DNA of 63,785 nucleotides, filler included, from Octopus bimaculoides (Eukaryota), in assembly GCF_001194135.2 (NCBI RefSeq). It is 12 parts of 8 records of this genome, joined end to end, with 100 filler letters (N's around TTAATTAATTAA, not from the genome) between each part and the next. Parts side by side here need not be neighbours in the genome. Positions count along the whole stretch, not along the records: positions 25,926 to 29,031 come from NC_068987.1; positions 29,132 to 33,089 come from NC_069008.1; positions 33,190 to 39,744 come from NC_068987.1; 9 more parts are not named here. One strand, given 5' to 3'. The notes beneath the pieces are model-generated. The model did no database searches, was not told the DNA's origin, and worked only from the letters and a program-made list of their open reading frames with translations. The translations under genes and the position numbers were made by a program. Shown piece by piece: positions 25,826 through 39,140 of this stretch. The number at the start of each line of letters is the position of its first letter. The stretch's first letter is position 1.

Positions 25826-27996
25826 NNNNNNNNNNNNNNNNNNNNNNNNNNNNNNNNNNNNNNNNNNNNTTAATTAATTAANNNNNNNNNNNNNNNNNNN
25901 NNNNNNNNNNNNNNNNNNNNNNNNNCGCACACATACACATACATTTCACGATATCACGATGTAGCATTCATTTTCTTCCAAATTTACTTTGAATTTCTTT
26001 TCGTTATTAATTTTTACTCCCTTGTTTCCATCACATTCTTGTATTTCCTTTCTTCTGTCGTTTGTCCATGGCCCTATTTCCACATTTTTCTCCTATTCAT
26101 TACTTTATAGTCTACTCCCGCTGAGCCCAACCTAAACAAATTTGCTAATAGGAAACACCCTCGTCTACATATGAGGAAGTCATTGCATACTGACACCAAA
26201 GCATTCCTTGTTTCAACGTAAGCAATAGCTGATGTTAGGGTTCTTGCGCATAATTATTTGATCAGGGAATATTCTGCGATGTAATAAATTTGTAAGATTC
26301 TGTACAAGTTTCAAATCCTCCGTAGCATGGTTTTAGATGATGCACAAAAATATATAGGCTAATATAGCTTCTTTTTAATATCTAAACAAATATCTCTGAA
26401 TAAATAGTGAATGGGAGCCAACATATTCAAAAACAAGTATACGTTTCCTTTTAGAAAATGTGCTCATCTACTCTTCAGGTAATTGCAGAAACAACACATT
26501 TTTTTTTTACTGAACTTCGAGTTCTGCTATTACTGCGTCATACACAAGTATTTGATACATTCCTGATAGGATACAAATTATAAAATGTACATTCGAAGTA
26601 CGTGTGTTGGCGTCATTTTAAGTTTCAGTTCTGAAAGCGATTAATTCTAATCTTATTTAAAATTCCACCGTATAGTATGCCCGCATCAGTTTGCAAGCAG
26701 CGGAGCAGATGGAAGTAATGTGTAACAACAATAATCTAAACCTACCATCGTCTACAAATATCTAGTGTCGTCGAATTAATTATGCAGACAATCTATGTAA
26801 CCATTCACTTCGCGCTAGCAAGCTAGAGTTTTGTGAGACTTAGATTTTTAATTACGTCAGTTTAGCATACTGATCCGCATTTTTCTAAATTTCATGTTGT
26901 CATTACATTTCAAGTAACAGAGTTTTAGATATATTGAGAGAGAATTTTCTGTACAAAACTGTATCGCATCTTGACTAATATATTGTTTATTAACGCTTGT
27001 CATTATAAGAGGTTAAAATCAGAGTTAGTTATTGTGCTAGTTAATGTGCTAAAAGATGCCATCCATTACATTGTTGTTAGCGAGCGAGAAGAAATCTCCA
27101 TTCATAGTCGTAAATGTTCCTCATGAATTTGCATTCCAATATGGAAGATGAAATTACAGGGCAAATTTGGACGGTGGAACGGTAACTAATAATCAGCTCA
27201 AATTATCCACGCACAACACATGTTTAAGCACATGGGTGTAAAAGTAAGTGTGCAAATGTATGTTTGCACGGAAGTTAACGTGTAGTTTATGTACGTATAT
27301 AGATTTACTTGAAATATCCCCTCAGTGAATGGAACGCACACATATTGACCTTTCCTAAAGGCATACGTTATCGCGTCTTCTGGAGACTTTAAAATAACTA
27401 TTTGCAAAAGCTAGCCAAATAAGATCGAAAATAAGTTTAGCAATCAAGATTACTGACAGAACAAATAGAAACATACCTATGTAGGAAATTTCAATTATGT
27501 ACTTGTCGAAGGTATTCATTTAGAAAGATAAGTTAAGGGTTGAAATAAAATCAGGTATAAATATAAAATTCTATGTAACTGAGATTGCCTGATGGAAAAA
27601 ATAAAATATAGATCAACTTGTCCCGACAGAAAAATTGGAAGTTGTTAAAGCAACTATCAAAAACTAAGTAATAATTAACATATCTTAATTAATTCGTTTA
27701 GACACATATTTACACATCACGCAGCCTATATGAATAGATTTTGATTTATATATCGATAAGGAACGGACAAACAATGAAATGTATTGGACAAGAAGAAATA
27801 ATAAATACCATAAGAGAGTAGAAAGAATAACATTAAGATTGCACTCTTGGGTAAGAAACAGTTGGCACTCCTAAATACCTGCTATCTAGTAGATAAACTA
27901 ACAACTGCAGTTCATATATTATGACATATAGAAATATTAAGAATGCAGAAAATTTATTTTGGTTAGATACATAGACATGCACAAATACATGCGCAT

Positions 27997-28029
<33 letters not shown>

Positions 28030-28034
28030 AATTG

Positions 28035-28074
<40 letters not shown>

Positions 28075-28997
28075 TTATGTATATATATGTATATCAAGGT
28101 ATATATCTCTATATATGTGCGTGTGTGTGTGTGTGTGTATGTATATACAGAACGTAGAGAGAGAGAGCGAGAAAGAGAGCAGAAAGGAAGAGGGAGAGAG
28201 AGAAAAAGAGAAACATACATATAGATATGCATATATGAGTCTCTCTTTCAGTCATTATAAATATATGTGTACATGTTGCTTGTGCGTGAGTGTGTACTCG
28301 AAGAATTGATTTGAATTGTTATGTTTTTTTTTTTCTTTTTTGAATTCATCTGTTACATATTTCAGAAAATATTTAAATCATTTTCTATTATTTTATATAC
28401 CCATTATTTTTACTACCCACTTTGCAATTATAATCTGCGAAATCTGGTTCTATTGATGGTTGAAAAAGGTTGAAATTCATATTGAAAATATGGGAAGCGA
28501 GATATATGAAAATTGGAAATATGAAAATCATCTGAAAAGAATATACAATATATTCTTCTACATGCATACATATATGTATATACATATACATAAATATACA
28601 TACTGCGGCTATTCGAATTACACGTATTAACATAGACGTAGTTTATGTGTAGGCACGCACCGAACCACACGCAATATGATATCAAAATAACGCTATGAAT
28701 ATTTGTGCATGTATTTAGATATACGTTTGTGTGTGCGTGTTTGACATATATGTACATGTGTGTTTGTGTGTGTGTATGTGTGTAGTTTGTGTTTTTGAGT
28801 GTATGCAAATATTCATATGTGGATGTCTTGATCTGTGTCTGTGGTAAGTTAGTTTATGTATATGCGAATCTATGTACGCATACGTGCAGCCAAGATATAT
28901 ATTCATATACAGCATCAGTTATGCGTGCGGCTAGCTGTGTAATTATAAATACGTGTGTTTTCATTTACATTTTTGTAGTTCTTCAAAATATGTGACA

Positions 28998-29031
<34 letters not shown>

Positions 29032-29211
29032 NNNNNNNNNNNNNNNNNNNNNNNNNNNNNNNNNNNNNNNNNNNNTTAATTAATTAANNNNNNNNNNNNN
29101 NNNNNNNNNNNNNNNNNNNNNNNNNNNNNNNAATTATAAAATATGGTAAGTAATCATATATTAATTAATATCGATTAATTACCAGGAAGCTAGCACATTT
29201 AGTGGTCAACG

Positions 29212-29244
<33 letters not shown>

Positions 29245-30055
29245 AACATATATACGCACACACACACACTAAACAGATTATAATTGTTGGAGCGTCTATT
29301 GTCTGGAGTGAAGAACATGGTCTGTTGGGATCAGGTTTGAACCCACATTTCTCTGTTCATTTGAATGATTAAAGAGAAGAAACACAAACATAAGAGAGCA
29401 ACGTGTAACACCCTCTCTCTCTCTCACTCCATCTTTATCCTCCTCCTCTTTCTTTCACTCAATCTTTGCCATCCTTCTCTCTCTCACTCCATCTTTATCC
29501 TCCTCCTCCTCTTTCACTCAATCTCTCTCTCTCTCTCTCTCTCTGTATCTCATTCTGTTCTCTCCCTCTCTTTCTTTCATTTCCTATGTGTAATTCGAGG
29601 GAGATTTGGCTGCTATTGCTCACAAGCAGATATTTCCTTCAGGCATAACATTGTATGATGTGTTATTCAAAGGGGTTTGACTGCTATTTCCAGAAGGCAA
29701 CATATTAACACAGCTCTACAAGAACTTGCTCCCAGCCCTGAAGAAGAATCATTTCTCCTGATTTATGCAGAATGCTAGAAATTTTAAGGGGAGGGGGGAA
29801 ATCGACCCTTCTTGAAACTGTTCTAGTGACCATGCAGGGGTCTTTTATTGCCCCACACATAAGAGAGTACACTGTAATTGGAGCAACATTTGGCTGCTAT
29901 TTCTAACAAACCTAGCCACAGTGTAGATACTTCCTTCACACATAACACAATATGATGCTTAATTTTAGGGGATTCGACTGCTCTTTCTAGAACAAGATAT
30001 ATTAATAAGACCATATATGATAAATATTATTGTCATTATAGTATGTGTGTGTAGA

Positions 30056-30265
30056 AACCAGCGAGCTGGCAGAAACATTCCAGCGCTGGAGAAAATGCAC
30101 AACAGCATTTTGTCCGTCTCCGTGTTGTGGGTTCAAATCCTGCCGAGGTCGACTTTGCATTCCATCATTCTGGGGTCAATGAATTAAGTACTAGTCAAGT
30201 AGTGGGGTCAATGTAATTGATTAACTGCCTCCCCTAATATTTCAGGCCTTGTGCTGATAGTAAAA
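30056..30265 (+). mobile_element. Family A SINE
   Basis: GCGAGCTGGCAGAAAC...GGGTTCAAATCCTGCCGAGGTCGACTTTGC...TTTCAGGCCTTGTGC. Confidence 0.8.
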
Positions 30266-31876
30266 AAAATATTACATATGTATATGCTAGAAGGCGGTAG
30301 TTTCCATGGCTGCCCTGGGACTGAATGTCGAAAGAGGTGAGGGTTCCAAGGAAGGGTTTTGAAATATGAAATTCTGGGGTAAGGGATAGATAGATAAATA
30401 GATAGATAGGTAGATAGATAGATAGATAGATAGGTGGATGGATAGATAGATAGATAGGTAGAGAGATAGATAAAAGGATGTGCATGATTCAGGGAGATTT
30501 AGCTGCTATTTNNNNNNNNNNNNNNNNNNNNNNNNNNNNNNNNNNNNNNNNNNNNNNNNNNNNNNNNNNNNNNNNNNNNNNNNNNNNNNNNNNNNNNNNN
30601 NNNNNNNNNNNNNNNNNNNNNNNNNNNNNNNNNNNNNNNNNNNNNNNNNNNNNNNNNNNNNNNNNNNNNNNNNNNNNNNNNNNNNNNNNNNNNNNNNNNN
30701 NNNNNNNNNNNNNNNNNNNNNNNNNNNNNNNNNNNNNNNNNNNNNNNNNNNNNNNNNNNNNNNNNNNNNNNNNNNNNNNNNNNNNNNNNNNNNNNNNNNN
30801 NNNNNNNNNNNNNNNNNNNNNNNNNNNNNNNNNNNNNNNNNNNNNNNNNNNNNNNNNNNNNNNNNNNNNNNNNNNNNNNNNNNNNNNNNNNNNNNNNNNN
30901 NNNNNNNNNNNNNNNNNNNNNNNNNNNNNNNNNNNNNNNNNNNNNNNNNNNNNNNNNNNNNNNNNNNNNNNNNNNNNNNNNNNNNNNNNNNNNNNNNNNN
31001 NNNNNNNNNNNNNNNNNNNNNNNNNNNNNNNNNNNNNNNNNNNNNNNNNNNNNNNNNNNNNNNNNNNNNNNNNNNNNNNNNNNNNNNNNNNNNNNNNNNN
31101 NNNNNNNNNNNNNNNNNNNNNNNNNNNNNNNNNNNNNNNNNNNNNNNNNNNNNNNNNNNNNNNNNNNNNNNNNNNNNNNNNNNNNNNNNNNNNNNNNNNN
31201 NNNNNNNNNNNNNNNNNNNNNNNNNNNNNNNNNNNNNNNNNNNNNNTGTTTTATCTGTTTGACAAAATTGTTTGGTGCTTTGGACCAAAAGACTGACAAT
31301 AGATATGGGGTCGATTGTCTCACATAAAACCCTCCAGAGTGGTGCCCCAGAAACAATAATAAGACTACTGGGGTAGGGATCGAACTGCCATATTGGAGTG
31401 TATTTTGTCTTGGTTCAGAAGTGTAGGGGAGGGGGGAGATGGGGGAATGAATGAATCAATCAAATCAACTCAACTCCCCCACCACACCACCACATTATGG
31501 ACATATGTATATATGTAACTATATAAGCAAACATTGACCTACACACACACACATGTATGTGTGTGTGTGTATATATGTATATATATATACATATATATAT
31601 ATATATANNNNNNNNNNNNNNNNNNNNNNNNNNNNNNNNNNNNNNNNNNNNNNNNNNNNNNNNNNNNNNNNNNNNNNNNNNNNNNNNNNNNNNNNNNNNN
31701 NNNNNNNTGATGATGATGATGATGATGATGATGATAATAATAATAATAGACTTTTAAGTCACCCTATATTTCTGATCAATTGTTTTTTCTAACAGACCAA
31801 TCAGCCACGAATGGCTTTAGCTTAATTTAAAAAAGAAAAAGAAATGGAGACGCAGCGTTCTCGGTTCTCGACTTAC

Positions 31877-31939
31877 ACGTCTTCGTTATCTTCAGAGGTC
31901 GTCTCAGTTGTCGAATAGTCATCCGTACTAATGTTGTAT
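31877..31939 (-). CDS. DD3-3-like protein, internal coding exon (63 nt, phase 2-2)
   Basis: Acceptor gttttcttttgcag and donor GT|gtaagt. Encodes (R)YNISTDDYSTTETTSEDNED(V), in frame with the upstream exon. RYNISTDDY matches the DD3-3 family motif as recalled. Confidence 0.8.
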
Positions 31940-32089
31940 CTGCAAAAGAAAACGTTTTATACCTGCTTAATTCCTTAGCAATATAACGAATGGTGGTTGA
32001 ACGAAATGCGGTCGAAGACCTGATAACAGTATGTCTACATGTATGTGTGTGTGTGTTTGTGTGTGTTTGTGTGTATATGGTACGAGTCG

Positions 32090-32290
32090 ATGCTCACAGG
32101 AAGTGTGGAGTTGAAGATGGAAAATAGCAAGCAGTTGTCAAAGACCTTTGCGAATCGACAACGTCAAAGAATGGTCTGGAAACAAGAGCCTGACTGATTG
32201 TATGCATGCAACACAACACTGAAGGAACTAGAAAGTCTTTTGGTAATGCCAACACCCTGGACACAAGGAGTACACCTGGCTGATGGCTGC
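32090..32290 (+). mobile_element. RTE LINE 3' fragment inside the DD3-3-like intron
   Basis: Degenerate RIDNVKEWSGNKSLTDCMHATQ, resembling the RTE C-terminal W.DNIKEW.G motif. Confidence 0.6.
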
Positions 32291-32365
32291 TACATCTCTT
32301 CAATATTGGTATGACTCACCTGAAAATTGAGCAGTTTACATTTTGAAAAACTCATATTAACTCAC

Positions 32366-32470
32366 CTGGCTCTGTAGACACAACGCATTTCACTGCCAGA
32401 AGGAAAATAAGGGATTTTCCAGTCGAAGGAATTGGTTTCTCCGCCGATTCCATTGCCTAAATGATTTAAT
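32366..32470 (-). CDS. DD3-3-like protein, internal coding exon (105 nt, phase 2-2)
   Basis: Strong acceptor tttctcttctttccctgacacag and donor AG|gtgagt. Encodes (R)LNHLGNGIGGETNSFDWKIPYFPSGSEMRCVYRA(R), matching the recalled DD3-3 motif SRxNHLGNG...WxxPYFPS..RCVxRxRYNIS. Confidence 0.82.
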
Positions 32471-32550
32471 CTGTGTCAGGGAAAGAAGAGAAACGATTAG
32501 AGAAAGACATGGAGACTTTCATGTTAAATTAGCAGCGATGTATTGTTTCG

Positions 32551-32897
32551 AGTGGAAGCGCAATGACCCAGCGGTTAGGGCAGCGGACTCGCGGTCATAG
32601 GATCGCGGTTTCGATTCCCAGACCGGGCGTTGTGAGTGTTTATTGAGCAAAAACACCTAAAGCTCCACGAGGCTCCGGCAGGGGGTGGTGGCGAACCCTG
32701 CTGTACTCTTTCACCACAACTTTCTTCCTGTTTCTGTTGTGCCTGTAATTCAAAGGGTCAGCCTTGTCACACTGTGTCACGCTGAATCTCCCCGAAAACT
32801 ACGTTAAGGGTACACGTGTCTGTGGAGTGCTCAGCCACTTGCACGTTAATTTCACGAGTAGGCTGTTCCGTTGATCGGATCAACAGGAACCCTCGAC
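32551..32897 (+). mobile_element. Family C SINE
   Basis: GCGCAATGACCCAGCGGTTAGGGCAGCGGACTCGCGGTCATAGGATCGCGGTTTCGATTCCCAGACCGGG. Confidence 0.9.
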
Positions 32898-33189
32898 ATT
32901 ATTGTATATATAACAACATAATGCAAACGTGTAGCTTTTTTGTGCACTTTGTTTGCAGAAAATAAAGAAATAACAGTAATAACGTCAGTGAAAAATAAAT
33001 ATTAAGTAAATTGCCTTTCACATATTCATCACTTAGAAAATTTTGCTTAGAAAATATTTTTCATTTTTAACCTCGTATATAACACGCACNNNNNNNNNNN
33101 NNNNNNNNNNNNNNNNNNNNNNNNNNNNNNNNNTTAATTAATTAANNNNNNNNNNNNNNNNNNNNNNNNNNNNNNNNNNNNNNNNNNNN

Positions 33190-33243
<54 letters not shown>

Positions 33244-33345
33244 ACACCACCACCACCACCACCACCACCACCACCACTACTACTACTACCACCACTACTA
33301 ACACCACCACCACCACCACCACCACTACTACTACTACTACTACGA
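33190..33345. repeat. Compound (ACT)n/(ACC)n microsatellite
   Basis: Direct reading. Confidence 0.95.
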
Positions 33346-33851
33346 CATTATTTCTATTGCTGCGGCTGCACTTGCTAATGATGATAGTGATGATACCTAC
33401 GATGGTGATAATGACGAGGCTGTTGATGATGTTAATACAACTACATACAGCTACTGCATGTCCAGTTTTGTATTTTGGTGTTGTGGTTGTGTCATTGCCC
33501 TTAAAACTCACAAATTTATGAAACAGAGAAGTAGATCGATCAAGACAGAGAGGACACACTGAGAAAAACAGCGACGTAGAGAGGTAGGGAGTAGAATGTA
33601 GAAAGAAATAGAGAGAAAGAATGAGAAACTAAGACAGAGAGAGGAAGAGGGAGGAAGAGAGAAAGAGGGCTCAGCATGTGATGCTTGTGAGAAGAGTGTT
33701 TATGTTTTGGTAACAAGATAGGTGTGGCGACAGCAAGCTCACCGCTAGATCGCTGCTTCTCTGATGTGGACGCACTCAGGGACTTATGTCGCACATGTTT
33801 CTCATTTAGATTCCACTTTTTCCCTCCCTGTCATGTTTCTGGTCACAGAAA

Positions 33852-33910
<59 letters not shown>

Positions 33911-34262
33911 NNNNNNNNNNNNNNNNNNNNNNNNNNNNNNNNNNNNNNNNNNNNNNNNNNNNNNNNNNNNNNNNNNNNNNNNNNNNNNNNNNNNNNNNNN
34001 NNNNNNNNNNNNNNNNNNNNNNNNNNNNNNNNNNNNNNNNNNNNNNNNNNNNNNNNNNNNNNNNNNNNNNNNNNNNNNNNNNNNNNNNNNNNNNNNNNNN
34101 NNNNNNNNNNNNNNNNNNNNNNNNNNNNNNNNNNNNNNNNNNNNNNNNNNNNNNNNNNNNNNNNNNNNNNNNNNNNNNNNNNNNNNNNNNNNNNNNNNNN
34201 NNNNNNNNNNNNNNNNNNNNNNNNNNNNNNNNNNNNNTATATATATATGTATATATATATAC

Positions 34263-34303
<41 letters not shown>

Positions 34304-34570
34304 ATATATGTATATATATACTAATACGGTCACAGAAGCAGTAAGTTATACGCATCTACACACCTACACTAACAAAAGTGCAAGCACACAAACACATACA
34401 CTTGCACACACTTTGAGACACACTCACATAATCACACATACACACGCAAATACATATAATATTTAAACGTACTAGTGCATACATGTTCACTACGCACGCA
34501 CATAAATACGGACGCATGTAGATGCATATAAAATGCACAAACGAGAGAGATTTTGTATAGTCGTTTATAG

Positions 34571-34640
<70 letters not shown>

Positions 34641-35023
34641 GTACGCATACACATCCATACTTATACGTATACAAACATATATAATTTTTCAGAGGTGTAT
34701 CTCAGTACAACAATGTAATCGGCCAGGACCAGAAGTTTGCCACCAGTAGTATTCATATACCTACAGCAATACAGCTATGAACACATATAGCTAGTAGGAC
34801 CAGACATGCAAACTTACATATAAATAGATTCACACAACGCACAGAAATTTTAGGCTGTGGTAAAAGTTTGCAAGTTCCAATCGTTTGTCTCTCACAATTT
34901 AGAATTGATCTTAATGATAAAAGAAATCAATGAACGTTGGTAGTAAAACTTTCATTCAAACCTTTTCATTTTAGTTGCTTGTCTTTTTATTTATTGGGGA
35001 ATTGTATATACATACATATACAG

Positions 35024-35420
35024 GGTGGAGGCGCAATGGCCCAGTGGTTAGGGCAGCGGACTCGCGGTCATAGGATCGCGGTTTCGATTCTCAGACCGGG
35101 CGTTGTGAGTGCTTATTGAGCGAAAACACCTAAAGCTCCACGAGGCTCCCGCAGGGGATGGTGGCGAACCCTGCTGCACTCTTTCACCACAATTTTCTCT
35201 CACTCTTATTTCCTGCTTCTGTTGTGCCTATAATTCAAAGGTTCAGCCTTGTCACACTGTGTCACGCTGAATACTCCCGAGAACTACGTTAAGGGTACAC
35301 GTGTCTGTGGAGTGCTCAACCACTTGGACGTTAATTTCAGGAGCAGGCTGTTCTGTTGGTCGGATCAACTGGAACCCTCGACGTCGTAAGCGACGGAGTG
35401 CCAACAACAACAACAACAAC
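35024..35420 (+). mobile_element. Full-length family C SINE with (CAA)n tail
   Basis: Complete head to GACGGAGTGCCAACAACAAC tail. Confidence 0.9.
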
Positions 35421-35425
35421 ATATA

Positions 35426-36600
35426 CAGGGTGTCCCAAAATTAAGGCAACCAACTTTTTTCAAATTTGCCATAGCAAAATATTCTTATATTTTGGGTCCG
35501 AGCGTTGCAATGCAATGATAAAGGTAGCACAGTTATGACACTACCACATTTATTCGATATGACCACCTCTGTTTCTAATCACAGCCTTAAGTCTCGGTGC
35601 GAATGCTTCATATGCGGCATGCAACTATTCTTGCGGAATCGAAGCCCATTCCTTGCACATTTTTGCCTTCAAAGCATCGAACGAAGCATGAGGAATGCTC
35701 GAGACACTCGGCCCCAAAATGGACCAAAGAGAAAGATCCAACAGGTTGAGATCGGGTCTTCTTGAGGGCTATACATCCTTGCCTATGAACGACGGAATGT
35801 TTTTCTGAATCCAGTTTTGGGTCTTTTTGGAGCTGTGGGATGGTGCCGACTCCTGTTGGAGGCTCCAAGGTGCGTCTTGAAAGTGCTCATTCGCCCATGG
35901 AAGCAATTCAACTTCCAAAATGTCACTAATATATCGCTAGGTGTTAATTTTAACATCAGAGGGCACAAAAAGGAGGGTTAACCTTCCAGTGGCTATCACA
36001 GCCGCCCAAACCATAACTGTCTGTGGATCTTGATGTCAGTTTACGAGTCCATTCTCGACGGAGCCAGATATACTCCAAAATCTGTCATTCTGGTGGCTTA
36101 CTTTCTGTCGATGTCAAATTTCTTTTCATCAGTGAACATCAGGTTAGGCAACGTGCCTTCAGCAATCCCTGGCAGAATAATACGATTTCTCTCCAGTCTT
36201 GTGGCCCTATAGGCTTGCGTGGGCTCATAACGGTGGATCATCTTGCAGGGGTGGGTCCTAAGATCCTCCTTTAGTACTCGTTTCATCGAAGTTCGGCTTA
36301 TTTTTGCTGTGGCAGCCAGTTTTCTGATGGAATGACGAGGAATACGCTGTATCTTTTCTCTGGTACTTTTGATAAGCTGAGGGGTCCGCACACTTCTTTT
36401 TTGATCACGTCATGGTCAAGCAACGGTGGAACCAGTCTATTGACATTTGTTGACAATTTTCCAGACTGTTCAGTTAATTTGAAGCTGTTTTGTTATTACC
36501 TTATTACTCTTGCCGCTTTGTGGAGGGTTGTGATTGTATTTTAGTCAATAGCCATTATCCAATTTATATATCTGATTTTATTTAGTCTGAAACAAAAAGA
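35426..36600 (-). mobile_element. Degenerate Tc1/mariner DD37D (maT-like) transposon
   Basis: TA|CAGGGTGTCCCAAAATT end. Minus-strand fragments: RTPQLIKSTREKIQRIPRHSIRKLA, MFTDEKKF, WSLQQESAPSHSSKKTQNW, PDLNLLD. Many stops. The opposite TIR was not seen. Confidence 0.8.
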
Positions 36601-36707
36601 AGATACACTAAGCTTTTATAATGGTGTATAATATTCATATCTTATCACGTTTATTGATAGTTATTAAAGCTCGAATATTCAGTTTGTTCGGGATGACTTG
36701 TATGTAT

Positions 36708-36777
<70 letters not shown>

Positions 36778-36861
36778 GTATGTATGTACGTGTATATATA
36801 TATATATATGTATATGTATGTATGTATGTTTGTATATATATATATATACATATATGTATAT

Positions 36862-36895
<34 letters not shown>

Positions 36896-37124
36896 TGTNN
36901 NNNNNNNNNNNNNNNNNNNNNNNNNNNNNNNNNNNNNNNNNNNNNNNNNNNNNNNNNNNNNNNNNNNNNNNNNNNNNNNNNNNNNNNNNNNNNNNNNNNN
37001 NNNNNNNNNNNNNNNNNNNNNNNNNNNNNNNNNNNNNNNNNNNNNNNNNNNNNNNNNNNNNNNNNNNNNNNNNNNNNNNNNNNNNNNNNNNNNNNNNNNN
37101 NNNNNNNATATATATAGGTATATA

Positions 37125-37830
37125 CAGGGTGCGTAAGGTATTTGAGGATATACCTTTTTGGAGGTCATTGCTCTATTTCTTGGTAACTCTGTATAATCTT
37201 TGTTTCAGAAAATAATAATGGTAGACCCTCAACTTACTCAAGAAATGAAGAGGCATGCTGTTATTGTGGTTATAAAGGCTTAGCATAGCGTATTAGAAAT
37301 ATCTTGATTTTTAAAGGTTGCCAGATCTTTCGTCCACAAGGTTTGTAAGGAGCTAGAGACTGAAGATGGAAACGTGTCACTAGTATCAAAGCATAAAACG
37401 CATTCTAAACGCTCTGAAATCATCAGAACACCTGAATTTATCCAGCAAGTTCAACAGACCATTGATTACAATCCCAGAAAGTCCATGAGGTCAATTGCAA
37501 AAGATTTTCATACGTCAGAAGGAATAGTCAGAAATGTTGTCCACGAAAACTTCAGATATGTCTTATATGATGAGGAAAGGTCAATTTGTCAGAAAAGGCT
37601 AAAGAAAATTACGACATCAGATCTAAAAGGCTCTTAAATAAATTGAAAAATCCAGCAGATTTGGTTTTTCTCAAACGAGAAAAACTTTGATCAGGATCAA
37701 AAAGTTAACAGAAGAAATGACAGTTTTGTGCAGACCCTTCTGAAGTTCCAAGTGTTATGTATACAAATTTCCTGCAACTGTTAAGGTTTTAGGGGTTGCC
37801 TGCAAGGAAGGACATGTGATACCTCCTTTA
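37125..37830 (+). mobile_element. Second, truncated maT-like transposon
   Basis: TA|CAGGGTGCG start and ATG at 37218. Fragments IRTPEFIQQVQQTIDYNPRKSMRSIAKD, FFSNEKNFDQDQKVNRRND, VLGVACKEGHVIPP. Confidence 0.8.
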
Positions 37831-38047
37831 ATAAGATCATTAGAATATTGGAAAGTCTTAAGTATATTCGTAAGTGTGTGGAGGGATATGGTAAATTTTG
37901 AATGTAGTACGGCTGAAGCTAATTGTAGGTCAGTAAGCAATGAATTACAATAAATTACTTAGGCGAGTAAGAAGTGTGGGGACAGTAAAGGGAGCGGTCG
38001 ATTGTATTGAGAAAGAGAGATGGATAGATAGCTAGATAGATAGAGAT

Positions 38048-38087
<40 letters not shown>

Positions 38088-38680
38088 GGAGGGAGAGAGA
38101 GAGAGAGAGTGGTTGGGATATTATTGTTTATCTGGAAAATATATAACCAGACCTGTCAGGATTATTGAATTGGGAGACTCTTACGTGAGAGTTAAAAGAA
38201 AGAAAAGCAAGTGGAGGATGAGAATATGAATAAAACAGATGAATTAATTATAAAAGTGCAAATAATAAGTGATAAACAATTAAATAAGTATTTGGAAATA
38301 AAGCCTATTCGGAAAAGAACAATTCTAAAGTTAGTAGTGTTTAGATTTATTATCATCCACTGAACAACATTCAAATGATGGCAAATAACTATGAATAAAT
38401 GAATAAATAAATGAATATTCATTAGTAGTCGATGTAACTTATGTTTGTACGTCTTGAATATCCTGTAGCTTCAAAATAATAAGTGTTTGTAATGTTGGTT
38501 CAGAAGAAATGTGGTGTAGGAAATTTCCCGGTTCTCTGTGGTGCATGTGCTGCATGGTTTTTTACTACTCGAATATTACTTTTTCAGGATATTTCAGCCT
38601 TGTTTTCCATCTCTCGAATGTATGAAGCTACTTACTAATGTCTAGTTAGATTTGTCGCAGATTCTAAATGTGAGAGTTTG

Positions 38681-38792
38681 AAAGGGCCTAATATCATTCA
38701 AAGGACCTAATATCATTCAAAGGACCTAATATCATTCAAAGGACCTAATATAATTGAAAGGGCTGAATATTAGTTTGAAAGGGCCTAATATG
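38681..38792. repeat. 19-bp minisatellite, about 6 units (AAAGG(G/A)CCTAATATCATTC)
   Basis: Direct reading. Confidence 0.9.
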
Positions 38793-38820
38793 AGTTCATT
38801 TTTAGAGAAAATGAACTCAT
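38790..38820. repeat. Perfect 13-bp hairpin
   Basis: ATGAGTTCATTTT tagag AAAATGAACTCAT. Confidence 0.85.
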
Positions 38821-39067
38821 CACCAGCAAGCTTATTTAATACAACCATCCTAGTTGTTCATGTAGAAAGCATAACAATGCCTGTCAGATTAGGTAATGCA
38901 TAATCGGGAGTGTATGAGGTTGAGGCTATCAAAACCATTAGAATCGAGTATGACTGGATGGTAGATAATTTGTATTTGCAAATTTTTTTAGGTGCTTGCG
39001 TAGTTGCGTAGAGACATAGAGACACCCCGCGACGCTCCATCTTCATTCCGAGAAAGAGAGAGAGAGA

Positions 39068-39140
<73 letters not shown>

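Noticed and set aside
20540-28520. Further exon-like segments (about 20559, 22396-22419, about 22665, 25250-25430, 26111-26217, about 27315-27390 minus, about 28410-28520 minus)
   Set aside because: Checked as possible downstream DD3-3 exons. None contains the expected INTAQ, QDRSH, GNIVQ or QWTGS motifs, and none could be assigned to a family.
33745-33845. Minus-strand segment with acceptor and gtgagc donor upstream of the DD3-3-like exons
   Set aside because: Stops in all three frames, so it cannot be the preceding coding exon.
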